DNA from: a virus
Taxonomy: Duplodnaviria; Caudoviricetes
Virus record (IMG/VR): IMGVR_UViG_3300020044_009089
Location: 1 to 33,085 of that record
DNA length: 33,085 bases
Strand: one strand, 5' to 3'
Positions within the stretch are counted from its first letter, which is position 1. Each line of letters begins with the position of its first letter. Below are positions 1 to 7,787 of this stretch, piece after piece. The notes below the pieces were generated by a model. The model made no database searches. It saw nothing but the letters and a program-made list of their open reading frames with translations, and was not told the DNA's origin. A program made the position numbers and the translations under genes.

Positions 1-121
1 CGAGGTATCCGATGCCGAAGTCGGTGTCGAAGTTGGCCGGCTCGTAGTAGGTTTCTGACCACTCGTAGGCCACGTCGGCACCCGGCTCGAGGTTGATGTA
101 GTTGGCTTGGTCGAACCAATA
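1..121. repeat. 121-bp exact direct repeat, left copy (circular assembly overlap)
   Basis: Bases 1-121 are identical to 32965-33085, and an ORF reads continuously across the junction. Confidence 0.97.
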
Positions 122-202
122 AGTGAGCTCCCATAGGCTGGCTTTTAAGGTGTGACCAAAGAAGCTGCCACGGTAGGCGGTGGGGGTGTATTGTGTTTCC
201 AT
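1..202 (-). CDS. Hypothetical early protein, 5' part (METQYTPTAY...); continues across the circular junction to the stop at 32780, 128 aa in total
   Basis: ATG at 202, five nt after TACATTTG. The frame stays open through the repeat into the 32780..33037 ORF. Confidence 0.8.
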   Translation of the reverse strand, partial: METQYTPTAYRGSFFGHTLKASLWELTYWFDQANYINLEPGADVAYEWSETYYEPANFDTDFGIGYL

Positions 203-289
203 GGGTGCAAATGTACACCAAAAGGATACCCGGCAAGCGTTTTTTACACTTGCCCGCCTAACTGATTGAAAAACAATTCTATTATTTTT
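203..289 (-). promoter_or_regulatory. Bacteroidota sigma70-type early promoter with upstream AT-rich/IHF-like site
   Basis: TACATTTG (208-215) matches TAnnTTTG, with a TTG about 18 nt upstream. TTTCAATCAGTTA (259-271) is one mismatch from the IHF consensus WATCAANNNNTTR. Confidence 0.7.
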
Positions 290-298
290 TCGCCTGCC

Positions 299-625
299 CT
301 AGTTTTCGGCTATGTAGGTATGCCACGCCAGCAGCTTGATCATGTCCTGCTCAGCGTGCAGCTCGGCGATGCGCCGGCGCTCGATCTCGTCGCGTAGGCG
401 CTTTTCTTGCAGCAAATACTCCAGTTCCCAGCCTTGCGCTTGGTCACTCCACGCCCGTGGCCCCATTATGCGCACTAGCGCCCCGTATAGGTGGGCCGCC
501 CGCTCAAGGTTGCCACTGCGCTCCTCGCTTTGCGCCATGCTTTCGATAAAGCCGGCGAAGGCCGCAGCGGTTTCACCGGCACGGGTGTAGTCGTACCAGC
601 GCCGGTCGTTGTTTTCGTCGTCCAT
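299..625 (-). CDS. Hypothetical protein (108 aa)
   Basis: ATG ORF with protein-like composition, last gene of a coupled minus-strand run. Confidence 0.7.
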   Translation of the reverse strand: MDDENNDRRWYDYTRAGETAAAFAGFIESMAQSEERSGNLERAAHLYGALVRIMGPRAWSDQAQGWELEYLLQEKRLRDEIERRRIAELHAEQDMIKLLAWHTYIAEN

Positions 626-626
626 T

Positions 627-686
627 TTAGTAGCCGCGGCGGTAGTACCACCACCACCACAAAGGTAGTAGGATGAGCAGTTTCAT
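627..686 (-). CDS. Putative 19-aa Trp-rich micropeptide MKLLILLPLWWWWYYRRGY
   Basis: Exactly fills the gap: ATGA overlap with the upstream stop, and TAA-A-ATG into the next gene. Confidence 0.45.
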   Translation of the reverse strand: MKLLILLPLWWWWYYRRGY

Positions 687-934
687 GGGTTGCTTGGGTT
701 TGATGTGTATAGGGTCGCCACGTACACCTCGGCGGCCTTTTCGCTGCCGTCGTTGGTCTTAGCGTGCCCGGCTCGGTAGATGCGCTCCAGCTCCCACCGC
801 TCGGCCACCAGCTTGAGCTCGGCCTGCTCGATGGCCATGCGCAGCCCGTGTATCATGTCGGGCGTCAGCAGGCTCACCAGGTCGGTCATGGCTTGCAGTT
901 CACGGATGAGCTGCGCGATCGGCGTGCGCTTCAT
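683..934 (-). CDS. Hypothetical protein (83 aa, MKRTPIAQL...)
   Basis: ATG at 934 overlaps the upstream stop (ATGA); helical protein-like sequence. Confidence 0.7.
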   Translation of the reverse strand: MKRTPIAQLIRELQAMTDLVSLLTPDMIHGLRMAIEQAELKLVAERWELERIYRAGHAKTNDGSEKAAEVYVATLYTSNPSNP

Positions 935-1167
935 GGTGTGATGGCTTGCGCCAGCTCGGCTAGCTTGTCGGCAAGGCGGTAGATGCCGTCGCGGGTGTTG
1001 AATGTCCACGCCTCCGTTGTTAGCGTGTAGGTGGTGTCGTTGCCTACCGTGTGCGCGGTCAGTTGCATGCGTTGGTTTTGCTCCCACGGCATAGGGTCGG
1101 GCTGCTCGATTGTGCAGGTGGCAAGCTGCTCGACGACCTGCGGGGTGGTGGTTTCGGTTGTGTCCAT
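931..1167 (-). CDS. Hypothetical protein (78 aa, MDTTETTT...)
   Basis: ATG at 1167, four nt after promoter-like TATTTTTA and just after a terminator. Confidence 0.7.
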   Translation of the reverse strand: MDTTETTTPQVVEQLATCTIEQPDPMPWEQNQRMQLTAHTVGNDTTYTLTTEAWTFNTRDGIYRLADKLAELAQAITP

Positions 1168-1178
1168 GCGGTAAAAAT

Positions 1179-1209
1179 AAAAAAAAAGGCAAGCACCCGG
1201 TGCTCGCCC
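1179..1209 (-). terminator. Intrinsic terminator ending the lysis cassette
   Basis: GGGCGAGCAC-cgg-GTGCTTGCCT hairpin followed by a T run. Confidence 0.8.
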
Positions 1210-1240
1210 AAAGTAGCCCGCGAAGGCCACGCTGCGCTGG

Positions 1241-1339
1241 TTAGCGCCAAAGTAAGGCCAAGGCCAGCAGGCAGGCGATGCCAAGGCCGAAGCACACCTC
1301 GACCATGTACATGGCTAGCCAGTGCACGCGGCGCCTCAC
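1241..1339 (-). CDS. Putative 32-aa single-TM peptide in the lysis cassette
   Basis: GTGA overlap with the holin stop; MRRRVHWLAMYMVEVCFGLGIACLLALALLWR. Alternative ATG at 1312. Confidence 0.45.
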   Translation of the reverse strand: MRRRVHWLAMYMVEVCFGLGIACLLALALLWR

Positions 1340-1539
1340 TCGGTTACCGTGAAGGCGTTGGTGATGGCCTTGCCGGCAGCGCCCACAATTATGAAGGCGA
1401 CGGCCAGCCACTTGTCGTTGGCCACCACGGTGAAAACGGCAGCGGAGGCGCTTACGTAGTTGAGGAAGTCGCCGACCATGCGCAGCACGGGCGCGGTGGG
1501 CTCGGTGTAGTAGCTTGTTTTTAGCTTCAGCTTGCTCAT
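1336..1539 (-). CDS. Putative holin (67 aa, two hydrophobic segments)
   Basis: ATGA overlap with the endolysin stop; hydrophobic hairpin FLNYVSASAAVFTVVA / WLAVAFIIVGAAG. Confidence 0.6.
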   Translation of the reverse strand: MSKLKLKTSYYTEPTAPVLRMVGDFLNYVSASAAVFTVVANDKWLAVAFIIVGAAGKAITNAFTVTE

Positions 1540-2018
1540 GGTGTTGGGGTATAGGGTGTGTATAGTGTTTGGCCTTTTGTGCCCTTGCGTGCACGTAGCA
1601 CCTCGCGGCGGTTGCGCCCGGCGTTGTAGCTCACGTGTACCCAGTCGGGCCGCTTGTCGTCGCCGAACTCCCAAATGAGCTGATCGAAGTCGAGGCGCTT
1701 GCGCACGTAGTCGAACACCAGCGCGTTGGTGATGCGTAGGGTGGCCAAGCTGTCGCAGTCGATGTCGATAGCCTCGCCCTTGCAGTGCTGGCTGGTGCGG
1801 CTCCCGCCAATTTTGGTGTTGAGGGTGATGCTCCGGTACATGCTGTTTATAGGCAGCCGGCGCCCGAAGTAGTCGCAAAGCGGGTCGTAGACCTTGAAGC
1901 ATAGGATGCGCATGCTGTCGAGCGCCTCGTCGGTTGGCTCGTTGTCGATGCCAAGGCGCAGGGCGGTCGCGCTTTTGTAGGTGTCGGAGTAGCTCGCCCA
2001 GCGGCTTACTAGTTTCAT
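1536..2018 (-). CDS. Endolysin, peptidase M15A family (160 aa)
   Basis: Zn-peptidase motifs SMYRS..LN..IGG...SQH..GEAIDI and WVHVSY; start MKLVSRW at 2018. Confidence 0.9.
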   Translation of the reverse strand: MKLVSRWASYSDTYKSATALRLGIDNEPTDEALDSMRILCFKVYDPLCDYFGRRLPINSMYRSITLNTKIGGSRTSQHCKGEAIDIDCDSLATLRITNALVFDYVRKRLDFDQLIWEFGDDKRPDWVHVSYNAGRNRREVLRARKGTKGQTLYTPYTPTP

Positions 2019-2278
2019 CGCGTCAAGTTGGTATAAATTGCCACGGCCATGCTGAGCACGCTGATGGCGGTGGCGGTGATGAGCCACAACTTGTACATGC
2101 CACGGCGCTCGTTGCTGTCGTTTTCAAGTAAGCGCACCCGGTTCTCGATGTCCTCAATGATTTTTTCCTCGATGCGTGCGACCTTGACGGCTAGCGCCCG
2201 GTGCTGGTCGAGGTGGTTTTCCTGCCGCTCGGTAAGCACCAGCAGCAGCTCCTTCTCGGTCATGTTGGCGTATTGCAT
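2015..2278 (-). CDS. Coiled-coil plus C-terminal TM membrane protein (XhlA-like holin/antiholin candidate)
   Basis: Coiled coil followed by LWLITATAISVLSMAVAIY; directly upstream of the endolysin. Confidence 0.6.
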   Translation of the reverse strand: MQYANMTEKELLLVLTERQENHLDQHRALAVKVARIEEKIIEDIENRVRLLENDSNERRGMYKLWLITATAISVLSMAVAIYTNLTR

Positions 2279-2284
2279 AGCGCT

Positions 2285-2292
2285 CAAAATTA
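2285..2292 (-). promoter_or_regulatory. TAnnTTTG -7 promoter element for the lysis cassette
   Basis: TAATTTTG six nt before the ATG at 2278. Confidence 0.65.
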
Positions 2293-2332
2293 TGCGCCCG
2301 CTTGGGGCCTATTTTGCAGCACGCTGCACGCC

Positions 2333-2635
2333 TCAAAGGTTTGCGACTACATGCGCAAAGATGGGCTCGTCGTCGCTGCCCCAGTTGGCCACCAGGGCCA
2401 TGGGTAGCTCCATGGTGCCGGAGCTTGTCACCGGCTTGCTAATTGTGTAGGCTTGGTCGCCGTTTTGGTCAAGCACCGGCGCACCGGTCACCTCGTCGAA
2501 GGCCATGTACACGATATAGTCGCACACCTGCCAGCTCACGGCACCCGGTGCGATGTCGAAGTCGTAGCCCGCGTAAAGCTCGAGGCGTAGCAGGGTCGTG
2601 GCGCTCAGCTGACGCTCGTTGTGTTGTAGTTGCAT
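2333..2635 (-). CDS. Hypothetical protein after the fibre gene (fibre assembly/chaperone-like)
   Basis: 100-aa ORF directly downstream of the Gly-rich fibre; function inferred from position only. Confidence 0.55.
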   Translation of the reverse strand: MQLQHNERQLSATTLLRLELYAGYDFDIAPGAVSWQVCDYIVYMAFDEVTGAPVLDQNGDQAYTISKPVTSSGTMELPMALVANWGSDDEPIFAHVVANL

Positions 2636-2638
2636 AGG

Positions 2639-3859
2639 TTAGTAGATTTCCATGACAAGTACCAGCCCGTCGCCACCGTTGCCACCTGCGCCACTTGCGG
2701 TGCCGTTGACCGATGCGCGCCCGCCGCCACCACCTGCGCCGTAGTTGCCGCCGTTACCCGCCGCCGTGGTGGGCGGGAAGCCGCCTGCGCCGCCTGTGCC
2801 GAGGCCCTTGCCGGAAGTGAGGCTTGAGCTGAAAAGTAGGAAGTTGGACTGGTTGGCTAGTCCGTTGGGTGATGCGCCGGATGTTGGGCCTGCAATTAGC
2901 ACACCGTTAGCGTATATACCTCCACCATTACCTCCAGCCGTTGAGTTGGTATTACCGCTGTTGATGCCGCCACCGCCACCGCCGCCAGTAGTTGATATAC
3001 CACCGCCGAAACCTTGAGAACCTCCCGTGCCATTACCACTCTGACCATTACCACCACTGCCACCACTCATGGCATAAGGCCCGCCAATAGGTGTTGATAG
3101 TAGGCTTGAACCACCAGCACCAGTTGCACTTGTTGTACCAGTACCACCACCACCACCAGTACCACCCTTCGCAATAACAAGCGAACCGAAGCTCGTGTCT
3201 GCCGCGGTGCTGCCGTTGGTGCCGTTGGTGTCGTCAGCCGCTGCACCCGCGCCGCCCGTGGCGCCGGTTGCTACCGTCACCGTGACCGCGCTAGTCAAGT
3301 CGTCGGCAGCCACCTGCCGCCACACCACCGCACCACCACCGCCACCGCCACCGCCGAAGCGGTTAGATGCCGCCGCACCACGTCGACCGCTGCCACCACC
3401 ACCACCAGCACCCACCGCTGCAATGAGCACGCGCTTGAGGCCGTTGGGCTTAGTCCAGGTTGATGTGCCCGCGGTATACTCTTGGATGACCACCACCGGT
3501 GCACCGGCACCGCTGAGCACCTGCCAGCCGATGTCCCGCGACCACTCGAGGGTTTCACCGGGTTGCAGCTCCACGCTTACCAGCTTGTACTGCTCGGTCA
3601 CGTCGTCGGTGAATAGCGTCACGGTGTGCTTGCTCGTGTCGGCGTTGCACACGTTGAGGTGTGCCACCTGCAAAGCGCTGCCGCTGATACCGGTCAGCAC
3701 AATAGTCGGGCCGACGTCGAGCAGGGCTTGCGTGGTGCTTTGGGGCAACACCATGCCGCTGCTGTTTATTTCGTTGTAGCTTACCACGATGACCGGCTGG
3801 CTGGTCGAATAGGGTGCAGCCAGGCTGGCTTGTAGTGTAAATTGGTCTTGTATGTACAT
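2639..3859 (-). CDS. Glycine-rich tail fibre/virion protein (406 aa)
   Basis: Gly-rich domain pattern YTAGTSTWTKP..VGAGGGGGSG...GGDGLVLVMEIY. Confidence 0.75.
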   Translation of the reverse strand: MYIQDQFTLQASLAAPYSTSQPVIVVSYNEINSSGMVLPQSTTQALLDVGPTIVLTGISGSALQVAHLNVCNADTSKHTVTLFTDDVTEQYKLVSVELQPGETLEWSRDIGWQVLSGAGAPVVVIQEYTAGTSTWTKPNGLKRVLIAAVGAGGGGGSGRRGAAASNRFGGGGGGGGAVVWRQVAADDLTSAVTVTVATGATGGAGAAADDTNGTNGSTAADTSFGSLVIAKGGTGGGGGTGTTSATGAGGSSLLSTPIGGPYAMSGGSGGNGQSGNGTGGSQGFGGGISTTGGGGGGGINSGNTNSTAGGNGGGIYANGVLIAGPTSGASPNGLANQSNFLLFSSSLTSGKGLGTGGAGGFPPTTAAGNGGNYGAGGGGGRASVNGTASGAGGNGGDGLVLVMEIY

Positions 3860-3860
3860 G

Positions 3861-5066
3861 TCAGAAGGTTGCGGTGATGGCGAACACCTGCGCGGTGGTC
3901 GGCCCGGTTGGTGCAGGGCTTGCAGGCTCCCATAGGCTACTCGTGCCGTTGTAGGTTAGCACGTCGCCGGAGCTCGGTGCGGTGTCGGCCACGTCGTGCA
4001 GCTCGGCTAGCTCGTAGCCGTTTTGGATGGCGTAAAGCACCCGCCCGTTGTTGTTTTGCTTGCGCGTAATTATGCCGATGAACACGGTGTTGTTCGGCGA
4101 TGCCGGTGGAGTAGTGGTCACCTGCCCCGGTATGGTGCTGAGCCATAAGCGGTCACCCACGTCGAAGCCGCTGGTGTCGAGGTTGTGCACCTGGCCGGAT
4201 GTCACCACGAAGCCGGTGTCATTATTGTCGATGTCCTCGTACACGCCGCCAATTGTTTTGCTGCTGCCGCTTTCGGTCACGGCGTCGGCTAGCTCGATTT
4301 CTGGGAAGTTGCCCGAGGCGCTGCTTGTCTTGAGGTACACAATAGTCCCCTTGGGTACCGTTGCCCCGGTCTTGTTAATGACCTCGATTTGCTCGCGCTC
4401 GCTGGCGTCCACGATGCCGTTGTCGTTGGTGTCGTACACGCTTTTCAGCATGTCACCAATGACCGCCGGCTTGCCGGTTACGTCCGTCCACGCTACCTCG
4501 TAGGCTACGCGGGCGCTGTTGACCGTGCCGTCGTCGAGGCTGTCGTACACGCTTTTGAACATGTCACCCGCAGCGGGAAGGGTCACCCACACCACACCAG
4601 CCGCCGCGTTGGGGTCGGCAGCTAGCACCTGCGAAGGATCGCCGGCCACGGTAGGTACGAACTCGCCCAGCTGGTCGTCGTAGGCTAGCAGCTGCCCCTT
4701 AGTGGTGCCGTCGCCGAACCACTCGCGCACCTGCTGCTCGGTTATAATTGTGGGCTGATTGGTGACGTCGGCCCAGTCGACCTCGTAGGCCACGCGGGCG
4801 CTGTTCACTGTTCCGTTGTCTAGGCTGTCGTACACGCTCTTGAGCATGTCGCCGCTAGCCTGCCCCGGTGCGAACTTTTGAGCAGTCACCGCCCAGAGGG
4901 TGTTGAAGTCGTCGGCGCCGTTACCGAACACAAAACCGGACGGCGATATGCCGGCACCTCCGGCGTGCACTAGCCCGACCTCGCCGTGCAGCAGGGTGGG
5001 GTTGGCGGTTTGCCATTGCGCCAGTGTGCCCCGGCGCACTTTCATGCGTATAGTCGCGGTTAACAT
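3861..5066 (-). CDS. Tail fibre protein with Mtd_N-like N-terminus and three GDMxKSVYD repeats
   Basis: N-terminal RRGTLAQWQTANPTLLHGEVG..FGNG; internal repeats; C-terminal LAELHDV..GDVLTYNG...W fibre motif. Confidence 0.75.
   Translation of the reverse strand: MLTATIRMKVRRGTLAQWQTANPTLLHGEVGLVHAGGAGISPSGFVFGNGADDFNTLWAVTAQKFAPGQASGDMLKSVYDSLDNGTVNSARVAYEVDWADVTNQPTIITEQQVREWFGDGTTKGQLLAYDDQLGEFVPTVAGDPSQVLAADPNAAAGVVWVTLPAAGDMFKSVYDSLDDGTVNSARVAYEVAWTDVTGKPAVIGDMLKSVYDTNDNGIVDASEREQIEVINKTGATVPKGTIVYLKTSSASGNFPEIELADAVTESGSSKTIGGVYEDIDNNDTGFVVTSGQVHNLDTSGFDVGDRLWLSTIPGQVTTTPPASPNNTVFIGIITRKQNNNGRVLYAIQNGYELAELHDVADTAPSSGDVLTYNGTSSLWEPASPAPTGPTTAQVFAITATF
4495..4853. repeat. Imperfect ~74-bp intragenic direct repeat (about 4495-4568 and 4780-4853); a shorter third copy lies near 4413-4457
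   Basis: Encodes GDM(L/F)KSVYDSLD(N/D)GTVNSARVAYEV twice, with mostly synonymous differences. Confidence 0.85.
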
Positions 5067-5278
5067 TATGGGCAGCCTCCAGTGATTAGGTTAAAGCCAA
5101 GGATGCCGGCGTACACCTCACCGGGTGCACCGCCGTCGATTAGGTCATAAATGGGTGTCGGCACCACCTCGCCGCTCACCACCTCGCCGGTGGCTTGCAG
5201 TTGCAGCTCGACCTGGGCCGCCACGGCGGTCACCAGCTCCAGCTCAGCGGTTGCGGTGTAGGCGATGGCGATGGTCAT
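5066..5278 (-). CDS. Small tail-associated protein (70 aa)
   Basis: Coupled to both neighbours; IDGG motif common in fibre-associated proteins. Confidence 0.6.
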   Translation of the reverse strand: MTIAIAYTATAELELVTAVAAQVELQLQATGEVVSGEVVPTPIYDLIDGGAPGEVYAGILGFNLITGGCP

Positions 5279-5658
5279 AGTGCGCTGGTACCTTCAAAGA
5301 TTGACCGTTCGACCTGCTCCAGCACGATGTCGGTGGCGATGCTATACTGCGCACCGTTCACGAAGTCAGGGTCGGGCAGCACCACCACCACCTCGAGGCG
5401 TGCGGTCTTTTCGAGCGCGGTAAGGCTTTCGGTGCGGTTGAGCACCACCTCGACCACGCCGGCAGCGGTGTAGTCAAGAATTGGCCCGAAGCCCTCGGCG
5501 CTTTTGTCGATTAGTGACCACTTACCAATGACACGGCGCCCGTCGCCGTACAGCCCCACCAGGATACCCAAGGCGAGGGTGAGGTCGATGGGTGCGCCGG
5601 TGGTCTTGTTGGTCACCGTTACACTGATGCGGTAGCTGCCGCCTCTAATTAGTGCCAT
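5275..5658 (-). CDS. BppU-like baseplate/fibre adaptor protein
   Basis: MALIRGGSYRISVTV...GAPIDLT..GVVEVVL..TES pattern; start at 5658. Confidence 0.6.
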   Translation of the reverse strand: MALIRGGSYRISVTVTNKTTGAPIDLTLALGILVGLYGDGRRVIGKWSLIDKSAEGFGPILDYTAAGVVEVVLNRTESLTALEKTARLEVVVVLPDPDFVNGAQYSIATDIVLEQVERSIFEGTSAL

Positions 5659-5662
5659 GCGA

Positions 5663-7240
5663 TTAGTTGATAAAGTAAGCGATGAGCTGATAAACGTCGA
5701 AGCCGCCAAGGCTAATGGGTGCCACGACCATATAGTCGCCCCGGTCGCCGATTAGTGTAAAGCTGCCCGCGCCGCTCACTATTTCGCCGTTGGTGCCCAC
5801 CGTGTTGCCGGCTACGGTGGTGACGCCGAGCGATAGGCCGGCGTTGGGCATGATTTTGAGGGGCATGATACGGACGTCGTTTTCGATGCGGTCAAGGGTT
5901 TCGCTTGCGTTGGAGCTTGTCACCACCACCGTGCCGTAGATGTCCGGCACGCCGTTGGCGCTCTTGTCTAGCGTGGTGATACCAATGAGGTCGATGGCGT
6001 CCTGGGCGGTGCTGCCCGCCGGGCTTGCCACCACACCGGTAAGCGCCCCGTAGCCGCTGCGCATGTTTACCGTAGTGCCCACCGGGAAGTTGATTGTGCA
6101 GCCGGTCACGTCGTCACCAGCCACCAAGGCCGAAGCCCACACCAGCGTCGCGCCGGTGATGTCGTTGTCGGTGATGTCGCCCTCGCCGCCCGCTTGTATG
6201 GTCATGTTGGCGTTGGTCAGCGTGTTGCCCTCAAAGGTGCCTCTGAGCCCCTTGGTTAGCTGTACGGATGACCTGCGCAGGCTGTTGTACCGGATAAGGC
6301 CACCGCGCACCCGGCCCAAGTCGCCGATTTCGCTTATGGCGTCGGCGGTGTTGCCGTAGTAGATGCCGTCGTCAAGCACCCACACCTGCGGCTCACTGGC
6401 GCCGGTCATATCGATGCCACCCAGGTCGGTGTTTATAGTCGGCTGGTGAGCTGCGGTCACGGTAAAGATAGCCCCGGCATAGCTCACCACCACCTCGACG
6501 GTCGTGTCGATATACTCCGGGTCGGCCCGGTCGATGGGCTGCCAGTTTACCGCGTCGTTGGGCGGCGTGTTGCTGCCGTTGGCGCCGGTTTGGTTTTCAT
6601 ATACTAGGCCGTCCCACGCCACCAAGTCGGCAGCGGCATAGGTTTCGCCGAGCTGCCACACCAGCCCGGGGTGCAGCTGTGCCGGATCGGGCACCCGCAT
6701 GAGCACCTGGGCGTTGGCAGCCACCTGCTCGGTGCTGATTGTGTGCACCAGCAGGGTGCCGTAGGTAAGCGCGTCGCTTAGCGCGTATATGCGGTTGGGC
6801 TTGAGGTTGCCACCACCTGCCAGCGTGTTGAAGCTCGCCAAGGTGGTGCCGATGTACTGCCCGGTCACTAGCTCCTTGAGCTGCGCAGCGGTCACCGCGT
6901 TGGCGCCACCGGTGTCGAGGCCTTGGTCGGTTCCTTGTACGTGGGTCAGCTCGCCGCTTGTCACCTCCTGCCACACCGCCGGGAAGCTGGTGGGCAGTTG
7001 GCCGGTGCTGGTGCCCGCGCCAATGTGCCGGTATATTTTGCCGGCGTAGGCCACCCACACCGTACCGGTGTAGCCGGTCACGATTGAGTAGGCTGGCACG
7101 CCGCCGCCCGTGTTCATGCTCACCAGGTAGGCGTACACCTCGATGAAGTTGTCGTCCATTTCGGCGAAAGTCAACGCGCTGCCCTTGGTGGTTAGGGGCG
7201 GGTAGCTGGTCGCCCTTAATGTGATGTCGCTTAGTGCCAT
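5663..7240 (-). CDS. Tail fibre/spike protein with CBM5/12-like motifs and probable beta-helix
   Basis: N-terminal KGSALTFAEMDDNF; WQLGETYAAADLVAWDGLVY motif; repetitive N/T/I-rich C-terminal half. Confidence 0.7.
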   Translation of the reverse strand: MALSDITLRATSYPPLTTKGSALTFAEMDDNFIEVYAYLVSMNTGGGVPAYSIVTGYTGTVWVAYAGKIYRHIGAGTSTGQLPTSFPAVWQEVTSGELTHVQGTDQGLDTGGANAVTAAQLKELVTGQYIGTTLASFNTLAGGGNLKPNRIYALSDALTYGTLLVHTISTEQVAANAQVLMRVPDPAQLHPGLVWQLGETYAAADLVAWDGLVYENQTGANGSNTPPNDAVNWQPIDRADPEYIDTTVEVVVSYAGAIFTVTAAHQPTINTDLGGIDMTGASEPQVWVLDDGIYYGNTADAISEIGDLGRVRGGLIRYNSLRRSSVQLTKGLRGTFEGNTLTNANMTIQAGGEGDITDNDITGATLVWASALVAGDDVTGCTINFPVGTTVNMRSGYGALTGVVASPAGSTAQDAIDLIGITTLDKSANGVPDIYGTVVVTSSNASETLDRIENDVRIMPLKIMPNAGLSLGVTTVAGNTVGTNGEIVSGAGSFTLIGDRGDYMVVAPISLGGFDVYQLIAYFIN

Positions 7241-7241
7241 G

Positions 7242-7784
7242 TTAGAAGTGTGACGCGGGGGTTAGTCGGTGTATGAATTTTGAGCTATTGGTCCTACCGC
7301 AGCCGGTGGCCTCCCAAAGCGGGAAGCTGACCGCGTTTTCGTCTAGGTATAGGGTGCACTCACGTAGGTAGGCGCTGCCCTCGTTGCGCTTTTCGCTTGC
7401 TATGCTCACCAGCAGCTCGGGCGCCACCTGGGTGCTGTACTCGCTTGTCTTGGCCACCATGCCGAAGGGCGTGTCGACCGCGTTTTTTGCAAGCATATAG
7501 CGGGCGTAGGTAAAGCAGGCTAGCGCGGCCTTGATGCCTTGGAAGGTCACCGTGTTGCCATTGGCGTCCACGTAGGCGCCGCCTTCCATGAGCACCTGGT
7601 TGTAGGCGCCGTAGGGGTTGTTCAGCACGTCGTACCAAAGCGCGGCGCCCAGCACCGGCTTGACGTCGATGTTTTGGGCGGCTAGTATGTAGGGTTGCAG
7701 CATCGCGTCCTCGCGGGCGTGGATGGCCACCTGCGCGTAGGGTGTGATGTCGGTGCGGTTGATGAGTAGGGTGATGGGTTCCAT
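7242..7784 (-). CDS. Head-tail adaptor/head completion protein (DUF6712-like)
   Basis: PYILAAQNIDVKPVLG...GIKAALACFTYARY pattern; follows the portal. Confidence 0.65.
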   Translation of the reverse strand: MEPITLLINRTDITPYAQVAIHAREDAMLQPYILAAQNIDVKPVLGAALWYDVLNNPYGAYNQVLMEGGAYVDANGNTVTFQGIKAALACFTYARYMLAKNAVDTPFGMVAKTSEYSTQVAPELLVSIASEKRNEGSAYLRECTLYLDENAVSFPLWEATGCGRTNSSKFIHRLTPASHF

Positions 7785-7787
7785 TTT

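Noticed and set aside
1-121. Terminal repeat as a biological direct terminal repeat
   Set aside because: It falls mid-ORF and its 121-bp length looks like an assembler k-mer overlap. The TerL type also suggests a circularly permuted genome.
4413-4853. Fibre repeats as a DGR template/variable repeat pair
   Set aside because: Differences are mostly synonymous and not adenine-specific, the copies are in frame within one gene, and no reverse transcriptase is present.
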